The translations under genes and the position numbers were made by a program. A stretch of DNA of 64,000 nucleotides from Rhodocyclales bacterium. GTDB taxonomy: Bacteria > Pseudomonadota > Gammaproteobacteria > Burkholderiales > Rhodocyclaceae. The notes under the pieces are model-generated. The model worked only from the letters and a program-made list of their open reading frames with translations. It did no database searches and was not told the origin of the DNA. Location: the NCBI GenBank assembly GCA_016235745.1, contig JACRJA010000071.1:21913-85912 (forward strand), given 5' to 3'. Positions 23,150 through 32,343 of this stretch are shown here, one piece after another (position 1 is the stretch's first letter; every line of letters begins with the position of its first letter).

Positions 23150-24139
23150 TCAGCGCAGCGGCGAAGGGGGTTCGGCGAGTTCGTCGGGCAGGTTCACGGT
23201 GCGCCCTATGAGGTAGAGCGGCCGGCGCTTGACTTCCTCGAAGACGCGGCCGAGGTATTCGCCGAGCACGCCCAGGCTGACGAGCTGCACCCCCGAGAGA
23301 AAGAGCGTGGCGACCATCAGTGAGGCGTAGCCGGGCACGTCGCGCCCGAAGAGCAGCGTGCGCACCACCAGCCACAGGCCGTAGACGACGGAGGCGAGCG
23401 CCAGGAGCGCTCCGATCGAGGACCAGACGTGCAGGGGAACCGTGGTAAAGGAGGCCATGCCGTCGATGGCGTAGCGCCAGAGCTTGCGCAGCGACCAGCG
23501 CGAGGCGCCGGCATGGCGCTCGGCGGGCCGATAGGGGAGGGTGACCTGCTCGAAGCCCACCCAGTTCGCCAGCCCTTTGAGGAAACGCTTGCGCTCGGGC
23601 AGCAGGTTGAGCGCTGCCACCACGCGCCGGTCGAAGAGGCGGAAGTCGCCCCCGCCCGGCGTGAGCGCAATCTCGGAGATGCCGTGATAGAAGCGGTAGA
23701 ACGCGAGCGAGAGCCAGCGGCGCAAAGGGGAGTCGGTGTCGCGGTCGGTACGCACCGCCGTGACGATGGCCGCTCCGGCGCGCCAGCGCTCGATCATCTG
23801 GGGGATGAGCTCGGGCGGATGCTGTAGGTCGGCGTCCATGATGACGGTCGCGCGGCCGCTGGCGCGGTGCAGCCCTGCGGCCATGGCCGCTTCCTTGCCG
23901 AAGTTGCGCGCGAAGCGCACGCCCTTGACGCGGGGATCGAGCGCACCGAGCCGTTCGATGACGGCAAAGCTTTCGTCACGGCTGCCGTCGTCGACGAGGA
24001 TCAGCTCCCAGGAAAGCTCGAGCGCTTCGAGCACGTCCTTGAGCCGTTCGTACAAAACCGGTAACGAGACCGCCTCGTCATAGACGGGTACAATCACGCT
24101 CAAGTCGACGGAAGTCGGCGGTACAGAGGCGGGGATCAC
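23150..24139 (-). CDS. family 2 glycosyltransferase, ArnC/GtrB-like polyprenol-phosphate glycosyltransferase
   Basis: 329-aa ORF. The GT-A N-terminus (LSVIVPVYDE … LVDDGSRD … DADLQHPPE) plus two C-terminal TM helices is the ArnC/GtrB architecture. Confidence 0.8.
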   Translation of the reverse strand: MIPASVPPTSVDLSVIVPVYDEAVSLPVLYERLKDVLEALELSWELILVDDGSRDESFAVIERLGALDPRVKGVRFARNFGKEAAMAAGLHRASGRATVIMDADLQHPPELIPQMIERWRAGAAIVTAVRTDRDTDSPLRRWLSLAFYRFYHGISEIALTPGGGDFRLFDRRVVAALNLLPERKRFLKGLANWVGFEQVTLPYRPAERHAGASRWSLRKLWRYAIDGMASFTTVPLHVWSSIGALLALASVVYGLWLVVRTLLFGRDVPGYASLMVATLFLSGVQLVSLGVLGEYLGRVFEEVKRRPLYLIGRTVNLPDELAEPPSPLR

Positions 24140-24175
24140 GGCTGTCGGCTCCTGTCGTCAGCGAATCGTAACGGG

Positions 24176-25186
24176 ATGCAAAGCAAGGATCGCATGGACG
24201 TCCATTTCGAAAAATCCGGCGTGTTGGCGGTGGCCGCGCAGCGGGCTCCTGCCTCGGCTTCGGCCGAGATTGCGGTGGATCGGGTCGTTTCGGCCCAGAG
24301 AACCTTCGTTTTGTGCGCCGACGATTATGGTATCGCACCGGGCGTCGATCGTGCCATCGAGCATCTGATCGAACTGCGGCGCGTGACGGCTACGAGCGCC
24401 ATGGTGACCCTGCCGTGCTGGAAGCGCGATGCGCCGGATTTGGCAGCTTTGGCGCGCGCAACCGGTGCCCACGTGGGCTTGCATCTGACGCTCACCGAAC
24501 AGCGCGCCGCAAGCCCGGCGCGCGGCCTGGTCCAGGAGGGCCGTCTGCCGGCGCTGCGCTCACTGCTGTTGCGGGCGCTGGCGCGGCGTCTGCCGGAAGC
24601 GGCGGTGGCCGAGGAGATCCGGGCGCAGTTCGACGCCTTCGAGGACGCCTGGGGGGCGCCGCCGGCCTTCGTCGACGGGCATCAGCACGTGCACCTCCTG
24701 CCGACGGTGCGCGAAGCGCTCGTCGCCGAGATCCTGCGTCGCTACGCGCCAGGAACGCTGTGGGTGCGCGATTGCCGCGAGACGGTGCGGCGCATCCGGG
24801 CGCGCGGCGTGGGCGTGCGCAAGGCGCTCTTTCTGCGCCGCTTGGGGCGCGGACTCAAGGCGGCGCTGCTCGCGCACGGCATCGCCCACAACCAGGGCTT
24901 TTCCGGCCTGCACGATTTCAAGGAGACGCCGCCTTTTCGCGAGAAAATGAGCCGTTTCCTCTCGGCCTTGGGGCCGAAGGCCCTAGTGCACGTACACCCG
25001 GGCCGGGTCGACGCGGCGCTCTTGGCCGTCGATACGCTGACGACCCCGCGCGAGTGGGAATATGAATACCTGGCAAGTGAAGCCTTCGTCATCGACTGCG
25101 CGCGCCTGGGGGTATGGCCGGCCTTGCCTTCGTGGAACGGCGTGCCGTGCAGGGCCGAAGAAAACGCGCTCGTCTGTGTGGCTTGA
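24176..25186 (+). CDS. YdjC/ChbG-family carbohydrate deacetylase
   Basis: 336-aa ORF with YdjC-type motifs (VLCADDYGIAPGVDRAI…, GLHLTLT, VDGHQHVHLLP). It is divergent from the GT2/ArnT-like/GtrA operon. Confidence 0.75.
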   Translation: MQSKDRMDVHFEKSGVLAVAAQRAPASASAEIAVDRVVSAQRTFVLCADDYGIAPGVDRAIEHLIELRRVTATSAMVTLPCWKRDAPDLAALARATGAHVGLHLTLTEQRAASPARGLVQEGRLPALRSLLLRALARRLPEAAVAEEIRAQFDAFEDAWGAPPAFVDGHQHVHLLPTVREALVAEILRRYAPGTLWVRDCRETVRRIRARGVGVRKALFLRRLGRGLKAALLAHGIAHNQGFSGLHDFKETPPFREKMSRFLSALGPKALVHVHPGRVDAALLAVDTLTTPREWEYEYLASEAFVIDCARLGVWPALPSWNGVPCRAEENALVCVA

Positions 25187-25384
25187 ATCTCAGAATAATC
25201 GCATAAAATTCCTTTGTCATGATTCGTGATGAGCCCGAACCATGACGCGCCGCATCGCAATCCCGTCCGATCTCTTTGCTACACAAGAACGTCGCGCCAG
25301 GCTCGATCGGCTGGGCGATTCGCAGCAGGAGACGGGCAAAGAGGTGTCATATCGGCTGCTCCAATCGGGTCGTAGATACTTTTG

Positions 25385-25413
25385 TTGATACTCAAAAGAG
25401 AATCGCCTATACT
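25385..25413 (+). promoter_or_regulatory. near-consensus sigma-70 promoter for mazEF (TTGATA-N17-TATACT), overlapped by the inverted repeat CTTTTG…CAAAAG
   Basis: TTGATA at 25385-25390 and TATACT at 25408-25413. It lies 37 nt upstream of the mazE ATG. The palindromic arms CTTTTG and CAAAAG flank the -35 and could be an autoregulatory operator. Confidence 0.5.
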
Positions 25414-25449
25414 CGATTCCCATCGATATATGCTGCTACGGAGGCAGTC

Positions 25450-25692
25450 ATGGCGCTTCAACGCGTAAAAAAATGGGGTAACAGCCCAGCCATCCGCTTG
25501 CCGGCCGCGGTCATGGAAGCGGCGCATTTGTCGCTCGAACAAGCCGTGGAGGTTCGCGCCGAGAACGGTCGGATCATCATTGAGCCTGCAGCCCCCCTCT
25601 ACGAGCTGGATGACTTGCTGGCTGGGATCACCGCCAAGAATCTGCATCGTGAGCAGGACTTCGGGGTGGCCCAAGGGCGGGAATTGCTCTGA
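25450..25692 (+). CDS. mazE: type II antitoxin MazE/PemI (AbrB/SpoVT fold)
   Basis: 80-aa product MALQRVKKWGNSPAIRLPAAVMEAAHL… with the classic WGNSxAxRxP swapped-hairpin motif. The start is taken at the internal ATG preceded by GGAGG. It overlaps mazF by 1 nt. Confidence 0.8.
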   Translation: MALQRVKKWGNSPAIRLPAAVMEAAHLSLEQAVEVRAENGRIIIEPAAPLYELDDLLAGITAKNLHREQDFGVAQGRELL

Positions 25693-26030
25693 TGACGATG
25701 TACGTTCCGGATGAAGGCGACATCGTCTGGTTGAATTTCACGCCACACAGCGGACACGAGCAGGCCGGTCGCCGGCCGGCTGTCGTCTTGAGCCCGAAGG
25801 CTTACAATCAGCGCTCGGGACTGCTCGTCTGCGTCCCGATCACCAACCAGATCAAGGGTTATCCGTTCGAGGTCGTGCTCAGTGGCAGCGGTGCGACGGG
25901 CGCAGCCTTGGCCGATCAGGTTAAAAGCCTAGACTGGAAATCCCGCCAGGCAGAGCGCAAAGGCCAAGCCACCCCTGGGGAACTTGCCGAGATCAAGGGC
26001 AAGATCAAGGCGCTGCTCAAACTCGCCTGA
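25692..26030 (+). CDS. mazF: type II toxin MazF/PemK endoribonuclease
   Basis: 112-aa ORF with a PemK pattern (YVPDEGDIVWLNF.P..GHEQAGRRPAVVLS…VCVPITNQIKGYPFEV…DQVKSLDW). Confidence 0.85.
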   Translation: MTMYVPDEGDIVWLNFTPHSGHEQAGRRPAVVLSPKAYNQRSGLLVCVPITNQIKGYPFEVVLSGSGATGAALADQVKSLDWKSRQAERKGQATPGELAEIKGKIKALLKLA

Positions 26031-26039
26031 AATCACCCC

Positions 26040-26290
26040 TTACCCCCGCCCATAGACGTCGTCGACGCGCACGATGGCGTCTACTCCCCGCACTGCGCCT
26101 CGATCATCACCAGATCGAACACGCCAGGGTTTTCCAGGCGGTGCTTGCAGCTGGCGGGAATGCGGGCGGACAGGCGGGACATGACCCTGAGCATTTTCGG
26201 GGAATGCGTGTAGCGCCAGCCGTCGCACACCGTCTCTCGAGGGATGTTGGCCTCGGCACGGCGCGCAAAGGCGGCGTCCGTAGCCGAAGC
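26040..26290 (-). pseudogene. decayed, frameshifted type II phosphomannose-isomerase-like cupin domain remnant
   Basis: One reverse frame gives …RRAEANIPRETVCDGW…ARIPASCKHRLENPGVFDLVMIEAQCGE-stop. The adjacent frame continues VDAIVRVDDVYGRG-stop. Together they mirror the ManC/AlgA cupin end (HHRAEHW…CDG…IP…HRLxNPG…IEVQSG…DDIxRxxDxYGR). A 1-nt frame break is present and the metal-binding His residues are lost. Confidence 0.4.
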
Positions 26291-26423
26291 ATCCTGACCG
26301 TCTCCTCTGACACCGTCAGGCGCTTCTTTGACCGAGATTTGCTGCGATTGCCCCGGCCTGAAGCGCGCGGCAGGGCCGGCTCTGCTAGACTTACGGCCTT
26401 GATCTTCTCTATCCGTCCATGTC

Positions 26424-27065
26424 ATGCTCGAAGCTTCGGCGCTCACCTGCATCAAGGGCGATCGCATCCTCTTTCGCGGTCTGACGCACGTCTTCCGCCC
26501 CGGCGTGCTCACGCGCGTGGCCGGCCCCAACGGCGTGGGCAAGACGAGCCTGTTGCGGCTGCTGTGCGGCCTGGCGCAGCCCGATGAGGGGGAAGTGCGC
26601 TGGCAAGGGGCGCCACTGAGGGGGCAAACGGATGTCTGGCATCGGGCGGTATTCTTTCACGGCCATCTGCCGGCGGTGCATGAGCTCCTGAGCCCGCGGG
26701 AGAACTTGCGCAGCCTCGCGGCGGTGCAGGGCCTGCCGCACGACGCAGCGGCGATCGATGCCGCGCTCGGGGAGCTGGGCCTTGCGCGGCAGCGCGATCT
26801 GCCCGTGCGGGTGCTTTCGGCGGGACAGCGGCGGCGGGTGGCGCTCGCGCGGCTCATTCTGGCGCAGGAGCGGCCGGTGTGGATCCTCGACGAGCCCTTC
26901 ACGGCGCTCGATGCCGCCGCGGTGGCTTCGCTCGCGCGCCGCATCGCAGCGCGGGTACGCGACGGGGCTACCGTGGTGCTCACGACGCACCAGGACGTGG
27001 AATTCGCCTGTTCCTGCGAAACCCTGGAGCCGGGGCGATTCGCGCCGCGGCGCAAGGCGGCGTGA
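26424..27065 (+). CDS. ccmA: cytochrome c biogenesis heme-exporting ATPase CcmA
   Basis: 213-aa ABC ATPase (Walker A GPNGVGKTS, signature LSAGQRRR, Walker B VWILDEP). It is the first gene of a ccmABCDEFGHI array. Confidence 0.9.
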   Translation: MLEASALTCIKGDRILFRGLTHVFRPGVLTRVAGPNGVGKTSLLRLLCGLAQPDEGEVRWQGAPLRGQTDVWHRAVFFHGHLPAVHELLSPRENLRSLAAVQGLPHDAAAIDAALGELGLARQRDLPVRVLSAGQRRRVALARLILAQERPVWILDEPFTALDAAAVASLARRIAARVRDGATVVLTTHQDVEFACSCETLEPGRFAPRRKAA

Positions 27066-27733
27066 TGGGCGCGGTATTTGCGGCCATGCTGCGGCGGGAG
27101 ATGGCGCTTGCCTGGCGGGGGCGCACCGAGGTGCTGCTCGCGCTCTCCTTCTTCGTCGTGGTGGTGTGCCTCTTTCCCTTTGGCATCGGGCCGGAAGCGA
27201 ACCAGCTGCGCTCGATCGCCCCGGGCGTGGTCTGGGTGACGGCGCTACTCGCTTCGCTCCTGGCGCTGCCGCGGCTCTTCGAGCACGACTTGCGCGATGG
27301 CACGCTGGAGCAGCTGCTGCTCTCGCCCGAGCCGGCGGTGCTGTGGGTGCTGGCGAAAGTGGCTGTGCATTGGCTGGTGAGCGGGGTGCCGGTGGCGCTT
27401 TTCGCGCCGCTGCTCGCCGGGCTCTACGACCTGCAGCCGGACGTGCTTCCGTTGCTTGCAGGGACGCTGCTCTTGGGCTCCCCCACGCTCACCCTCATCG
27501 GCGCGATCGGGGCGGCGCTCACGCTGGGGGTGCGTTCCGGCGCCGTGCTGCTTGCGCTCTTGGTGCTGCCGCTGGCGGTGCCGGTGCTGATCTTCGGCGC
27601 TGGCGCGGTAGAAGCGGCTTTGGGTGGGGTATCCTACGCCGCGCACCTGGCCTTGCTGGGGGCGGGCATGCTCGCGGCAGTGGCGCTCGCCCCCTGGGCC
27701 TGCGTGGCGGCGCTGCGCCTGGCGGTGCAATGA
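27064..27733 (+). CDS. ccmB: heme exporter protein CcmB
   Basis: The internal ATG (MGAVFAAMLRREMALAWR…) overlaps the ccmA stop (ATGA). It encodes a six-TM CcmB-like protein (…RLFEHDLRDGTLEQLLLSP…). Confidence 0.85.
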
Positions 27734-27745
27734 CGGAGACAAAAG

Positions 27746-28561
27746 ATGAACGCGACGCAGGAAAGACGGCAACGATGGCGGCAGGGATTGGAAGCGCGGC
27801 AGCGTTCCCCGCGCAGCCTGTGGCGATTTGCTGCGCCGCAGCAGTTCTATCCGCTCGCCGGCTGGCTTGCGCCATGGTTTGCCGCGCTCGCCGCCGTGCT
27901 GGCCGTGGTGGGGTTGTATCTGGCGTTTTTCGTCGCGCCTACCGATGCGCAGCAGGGCGAGGTCTATCGCGTCATCTTCATCCACGTGCCGGCGGCGTGG
28001 ATGTCGATGTTCCTCTATCTCGTGATGGCGTTTTGGGGCATCGTCGGCTGGGTGCTCAATACGCGGCTCTCGTTCATGATGGCGCATGCGCTGGCCCCCA
28101 CCGGGGCGATCTGGTGTTTCATCGCCCTGTGGACCGGGGCGCTGTGGGGCAAGCCCACCTGGGGGACGTACTGGGTGTGGGATGCGCGGCTCACCTCGCA
28201 GCTGTTGCTCATGTTCCTCTATCTGGGCTACCTGGCGCTCACGCGGGCCATCGAGGATCCGCGCCGGGCCGATCGCGCCGGGGCCTTGCTGGCCATCGTC
28301 GGTTCGATCAACGTGCCCATCATCTATTTCTCGGTGAAATGGTGGAACACGCTGCATCAGGGGGCGTCGGTGAGCCTGACGCGCGCGCCCTCCATGGCCA
28401 CCATCATGCTGGTGACCATGCTGGTGATGGCGTTCGCCGCCTGGTTCTATTCGATCGCCGTGGCGCTGTGGCGCGTGCGCACGCTCATCCTCGAGCGCGA
28501 GCGGCACACCGACTGGGTGGCCGCCGAGATCGATCGCCTGGCGGCGAAGGAAAAGGAGTGA
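27746..28561 (+). CDS. ccmC: heme ABC exporter / heme-handling protein CcmC
   Basis: 271-aa ORF with the Trp-rich WWD motif WGKPTWGTYWVWDARLTS. Confidence 0.9.
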   Translation: MNATQERRQRWRQGLEARQRSPRSLWRFAAPQQFYPLAGWLAPWFAALAAVLAVVGLYLAFFVAPTDAQQGEVYRVIFIHVPAAWMSMFLYLVMAFWGIVGWVLNTRLSFMMAHALAPTGAIWCFIALWTGALWGKPTWGTYWVWDARLTSQLLLMFLYLGYLALTRAIEDPRRADRAGALLAIVGSINVPIIYFSVKWWNTLHQGASVSLTRAPSMATIMLVTMLVMAFAAWFYSIAVALWRVRTLILERERHTDWVAAEIDRLAAKEKE

Positions 28562-28565
28562 AGGG

Positions 28566-28757
28566 ATGCAGTGGGAATCGTGGTCGGCGTTCTGGGACAT
28601 GGGCGGGCGCGGGTTTTTCGTCTGGGGCAGCTACGGCGTGAGCTTTGCCCTCATCGCCCTCGAACTTTATTTCCTCTATCGTACTCGTAAGGCCGTGATC
28701 CGTCGGCTGCTGCGCTGGCGGGCGGCACGGTTCGAAGACTCAGGAGAAGACGCATGA
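28566..28757 (+). CDS. ccmD: heme exporter protein CcmD
   Basis: 63-aa single-TM ORF (…[25 protein letters not shown]…) between ccmC and ccmE. Confidence 0.8.
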   Translation: MQWESWSAFWDMGGRGFFVWGSYGVSFALIALELYFLYRTRKAVIRRLLRWRAARFEDSGEDA

Positions 28758-29200
28758 CGGCACGCGGCAAACGTTTGACCTTGATCCTCGCGGCGCTCGC
28801 CCTGCTCGGCGGGGCGACGACGCTGGTGCTCTCGGCGATGCGCGACAATCTGGTGTTCTTTCATACGCCCTCCGAAGTGGCCGAGGGCAAGGCGCCGTTC
28901 GGGCGGACTTTCCGCATTGGCGGCATGGTGGTCGAGGATTCGCTCGAGCGGCTGCCCGACGGGGTGACGGTGCGCTTCGCCGTCACCGACACGGCCAAGA
29001 CCATTCCCGTGGTCTATCGCGGGGCGCTGCCCGATCTCTTCAGCGAAGGCAAGGGGGCGGTGGTGCAGGGCAGGCTGGGCTCGGACGGGGTGTTCGTCGC
29101 CAGCGAAGTGCTCGCCAAGCACGACGAGAACTACATGCCAGTGGAGGCGCAGCACGCCGTGGATCAGGCGCAGCGCGCGGCAGCCACCCTCAAACCGTAA
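28754..29200 (+). CDS. ccmE: cytochrome c-type biogenesis heme chaperone CcmE
   Basis: 148-aa ORF with an N-terminal anchor, …[11 protein letters not shown]… and the heme-binding region [11 protein letters not shown]. Confidence 0.9.
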   Translation: MTARGKRLTLILAALALLGGATTLVLSAMRDNLVFFHTPSEVAEGKAPFGRTFRIGGMVVEDSLERLPDGVTVRFAVTDTAKTIPVVYRGALPDLFSEGKGAVVQGRLGSDGVFVASEVLAKHDENYMPVEAQHAVDQAQRAAATLKP

Positions 29201-29210
29201 GGAAGATGCG

Positions 29211-31208
29211 ATGATTGCCGAGACAGGGCAGTTCGCGCTGGTGCTCGCCTGGGTCCTGGCGCTGGTGCAGGCGGTATTGGGACTGGCCGGGGCGGCGCGC
29301 GGTTCGGCTGGGGCGATGGCGGCGGCGCGGCGCGCGGCGATGGCGCAGTTCGCGGTTTTGCTCCTGGCCTACGCTTGCCTGACGGCGGCGTTCCTGCGCA
29401 TCGACTTCTCGGTGCTCCTGGTGGCTACCAATTCCTCCACGCGCACGCCGTGGTTCTATCGCCTCACCGGCGTGTGGGGCAACCACGAAGGTTCGATGCT
29501 CCTGTGGGCGCTGGCGCTGGCAGGGTGGCAAGCGGCGGTGGCGGGCTTCTCGCGCTCGCTCACGGCGGCCTTTCGCGCGCGCGTGCTCGGGGTGCTGGGG
29601 ACGGTGGCCGTGGGTTTTCTCGCCTTCCTTACCCTCACCTCCAACCCGTTCGAACGCTTGGTGCCCATGCCTCAGGAAGGGCGGGATCTCAACCCCTTGC
29701 TGCAGGATCCGGGCATGATCATCCATCCGCCGCTCCTGTACATGGGCTACGTGGGTATGGCAGTGGCCTTTGCCTTCGCGATCGCGGCCTTGCTCTCGGG
29801 GCGGATGGACGCGGCCTGGGCGCGCTGGTCGCGCCCGTGGACGCTCACCGCCTGGGTCTTCCTCACCTTGGGCATTCTCGTGGGTTCGGCCTGGGCCTAT
29901 TACGAACTGGGCTGGGGTGGCTGGTGGTTCTGGGATCCGGTGGAGAACGCCTCGCTCATGCCCTGGCTCATGGGCACGGCGCTGCTGCATTCGCTCATCG
30001 TCACCGAAAAGCGCGGGGCGTTTCGCAGCTGGACGGTGCTGCTGGCGATCGGGGCGTTCTCGCTCTCGCTGCTGGGCACCTTTCTCGTGCGCTCGGGGGT
30101 GATCACCTCGGTGCACGCCTTTGCCACCGATCCGAGGCGCGGCGTCTTCATCCTCGGCTTGCTCGCGCTCACCGTGGGCGTGTCGCTGCTGCTCTTTGCC
30201 TGGCGCGCGCCGCGGCTCTCCGGCGGGGGAGCGTTCGCGCCGGTGTCGCGAGAGGGGTCGCTGCTGGTCAATAACGTGCTCATGGCGGCGGCTGCCGCGG
30301 CGGTGCTGCTGGGCACGGTCTACCCCTTGATCCTCGATGCGCTCCAAGGGGCCAAGATCTCCGTGGGGCCGCCGTACTTCGAGACCGTGTTCGTGCCGCT
30401 CATGGCGCCGGCGGTGGTGCTGATGGCGCTGGCGCCGTTCCTGCGCTGGAAACGCGATGCGCTCGCGCGGGTGCTGCGCCGGCTGGCGCCCGAGCTTGGC
30501 GGGGCGCTGCTCTTGGCGGCGCTGGGGGTGTGGGCCGCTGGACATGCCACGCCCGGGGCCTTTCTCGGCCTGGCGCTGACGGCTTGGGTGGTGCTTGCTT
30601 CGCTGCGGCTGCTCGGCGAGCGCCTGCGCCAGGGCGCAGCGCCGGGGCTGGCTGCGCGGCTGCGCGGCATTCCTGGCTCGTGGTGGGGGATGTGGCTGTC
30701 CCATCTCGGGGTGGGCGTGTTCATCCTCGGGGTGACGCTGGTGGGGGCGCTGGAGCAGCGGCTCGACGTGAAGATGATGCCGGGGCAGGCGGCGGAACTG
30801 GCCGGTTTCCGCTTCGTGCTGCGCGGCGTGAGCGAGGTGCCGGGGCCGAACTACACGGCCCAGCGTGGCGAGGTGGAGGTGTGGCGCGAGGTGCAGATGC
30901 TCACCGTGCTCGCGCCGGAGAAACGCGCCTACTTCCGCTCGGCCATGCCGATGACCGAGTCGGCGATCGACTGGGGGGTGTTCCGCGATGTCTATGTGTC
31001 GCTGGGCGACCCGACCGGCGATGGCGGCTGGGTGGTGCTGCTCTTCTATAAGCCGTTCATTTCCTGGATCTGGTTCGGGGCGATCCTGATCGCCTTGGGT
31101 GGAATTGCAGCGGCGCTCGATCGGCGTTACCGGCGGCTGGCGCAGCGCAGGGCTTCGGCTGCGGTTCCGGAGAGGAGACCCGAAGCGGTGGCGGAGGCGG
31201 TGCGATGA
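29211..31208 (+). CDS. ccmF: cytochrome c heme lyase subunit CcmF
   Basis: 665-aa polytopic ORF with the WWD motif WGGWWFWDPVENASLMPW. Confidence 0.9.
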   Translation: MIAETGQFALVLAWVLALVQAVLGLAGAARGSAGAMAAARRAAMAQFAVLLLAYACLTAAFLRIDFSVLLVATNSSTRTPWFYRLTGVWGNHEGSMLLWALALAGWQAAVAGFSRSLTAAFRARVLGVLGTVAVGFLAFLTLTSNPFERLVPMPQEGRDLNPLLQDPGMIIHPPLLYMGYVGMAVAFAFAIAALLSGRMDAAWARWSRPWTLTAWVFLTLGILVGSAWAYYELGWGGWWFWDPVENASLMPWLMGTALLHSLIVTEKRGAFRSWTVLLAIGAFSLSLLGTFLVRSGVITSVHAFATDPRRGVFILGLLALTVGVSLLLFAWRAPRLSGGGAFAPVSREGSLLVNNVLMAAAAAAVLLGTVYPLILDALQGAKISVGPPYFETVFVPLMAPAVVLMALAPFLRWKRDALARVLRRLAPELGGALLLAALGVWAAGHATPGAFLGLALTAWVVLASLRLLGERLRQGAAPGLAARLRGIPGSWWGMWLSHLGVGVFILGVTLVGALEQRLDVKMMPGQAAELAGFRFVLRGVSEVPGPNYTAQRGEVEVWREVQMLTVLAPEKRAYFRSAMPMTESAIDWGVFRDVYVSLGDPTGDGGWVVLLFYKPFISWIWFGAILIALGGIAAALDRRYRRLAQRRASAAVPERRPEAVAEAVR

Positions 31209-31801
31209 AACCGAAGTACCTGATTCCGTTCTTCATTTTCGTCGCGCTGGTCGTGCTTTTTGCCTACGCCTTCCGGCTCGATCCGCGCGAAGTGCCTTCG
31301 CCGCTCGTCGGCAAGCCGGCGCCAGCCTTTGCCCTGCCGCGGGTGGATGCGCCGGAGACGCTCGCTGGACCGGCCGATCTGCGCGGCCAGCCGTGGCTGC
31401 TCAACGTCTGGGCCTCGTGGTGCGTGGCCTGCCGCCAGGAGCACGCCATGCTGCTGCGGCTCGCGCGTGAGGCGGGCGTGCCCATCGTGGGGCTCAATTA
31501 CAAAGAGATCCGCGGCGACGCCGAGCTCGACGCTTCCCGCCTCTCGCCGCCGGAAGAGCGCGAGGCGGCGCTGCTGCGGGCGCGCGCCTGGCTTGCCCAA
31601 CACGGCGATCCGTATCGCTTTTCCGTGCTCGATCTAGATGGGCGCGTAGCGATCGACTATGGGGTCTACGGCGTGCCGGAGACCTTCCTCATCGACGCCG
31701 AGGGCGTCATCCGCTACAAGCACATCGGCCCCATCGACGAGCGGGCTTGGCGCGAAGTGCTGCAACCGAAGTGGGCGGCGCTCGGGGGAGGAAAACGATG
31801 A
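31205..31801 (+). CDS. ccmG: thiol:disulfide oxidoreductase DsbE/CcmG
   Basis: 198-aa anchored thioredoxin-fold ORF with WASWCVACRQEH (CxxC) and …GVYGVPETFLID…. Confidence 0.9.
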   Translation: MKPKYLIPFFIFVALVVLFAYAFRLDPREVPSPLVGKPAPAFALPRVDAPETLAGPADLRGQPWLLNVWASWCVACRQEHAMLLRLAREAGVPIVGLNYKEIRGDAELDASRLSPPEEREAALLRARAWLAQHGDPYRFSVLDLDGRVAIDYGVYGVPETFLIDAEGVIRYKHIGPIDERAWREVLQPKWAALGGGKR

Positions 31802-32343
31802 GCCGGACTCTGGGCAGGGGGGCGTCCCCATGGCGAACTGCCGGGGAAAGCCTGTGGGGCCGTATGCGGCGCGGTTTCGCCTGGTTCTTGCTCGCGGCCT
31901 GTTTTGCCGCTGCCTGGGCAGCCGATGAGCCGCCCGCGGCGCAGCCGGTGGGCGATCCGGCGATCGAAGCGCGCGCCCTGAAGCTTGGGCACGAGCTGCG
32001 TTGCCTGGTGTGCCAGAACCAGTCGATCGCCGAATCCAACGCCGAACTGGCCCACGACCTGATGAACCAGGTGCGCGAGCAGCTGGCCGCCGGCAAGAGT
32101 GAGGAGGAGGTGCGCGCTTACCTGGTGGCGCGCTATGGCGAGTTCGTACTCTATCAGCCGCCCTTGAAGGCGAGCACCGTAGCCTTGTGGGCGGGACCGT
32201 TCGCTTTGGCGCTCGCCGGCGTGCTCGCCCTGTGGCGGGTGCTGCGGCGCCGTTCCCGGGAAGAAATGCCTGCGCTCTCGCCCGATGAGGCGGCGCGGGC
32301 CCAGGCGCTGTTGCGTGGCAAAGACGAGGGAGAGCGGTCGTGA
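31798..32343 (+). CDS. ccmH: cytochrome c-type biogenesis protein CcmH
   Basis: Contains the LRCLVCQNQSIAESN motif. The start is set at the ATG overlapping the ccmG stop. A later Met (MRRGFAWF…) is also possible. Confidence 0.8.
   Translation: MSRTLGRGASPWRTAGESLWGRMRRGFAWFLLAACFAAAWAADEPPAAQPVGDPAIEARALKLGHELRCLVCQNQSIAESNAELAHDLMNQVREQLAAGKSEEEVRAYLVARYGEFVLYQPPLKASTVALWAGPFALALAGVLALWRVLRRRSREEMPALSPDEAARAQALLRGKDEGERS

Noticed and set aside
25242-25388. 48-codon ORF (MTRRIAIPSDLFATQERRARLDRLGDSQQETGKEVSYRLLQSGRRYFC) upstream of mazE. Considered as a ribbon-helix-helix antitoxin remnant.
   Set aside because: It is too short and the similarity too weak to call by eye. It has no partner toxin gene and no clear ribosome-binding site, and its 3' end overlaps the mazEF promoter. 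It is mentioned only within the islet finding.
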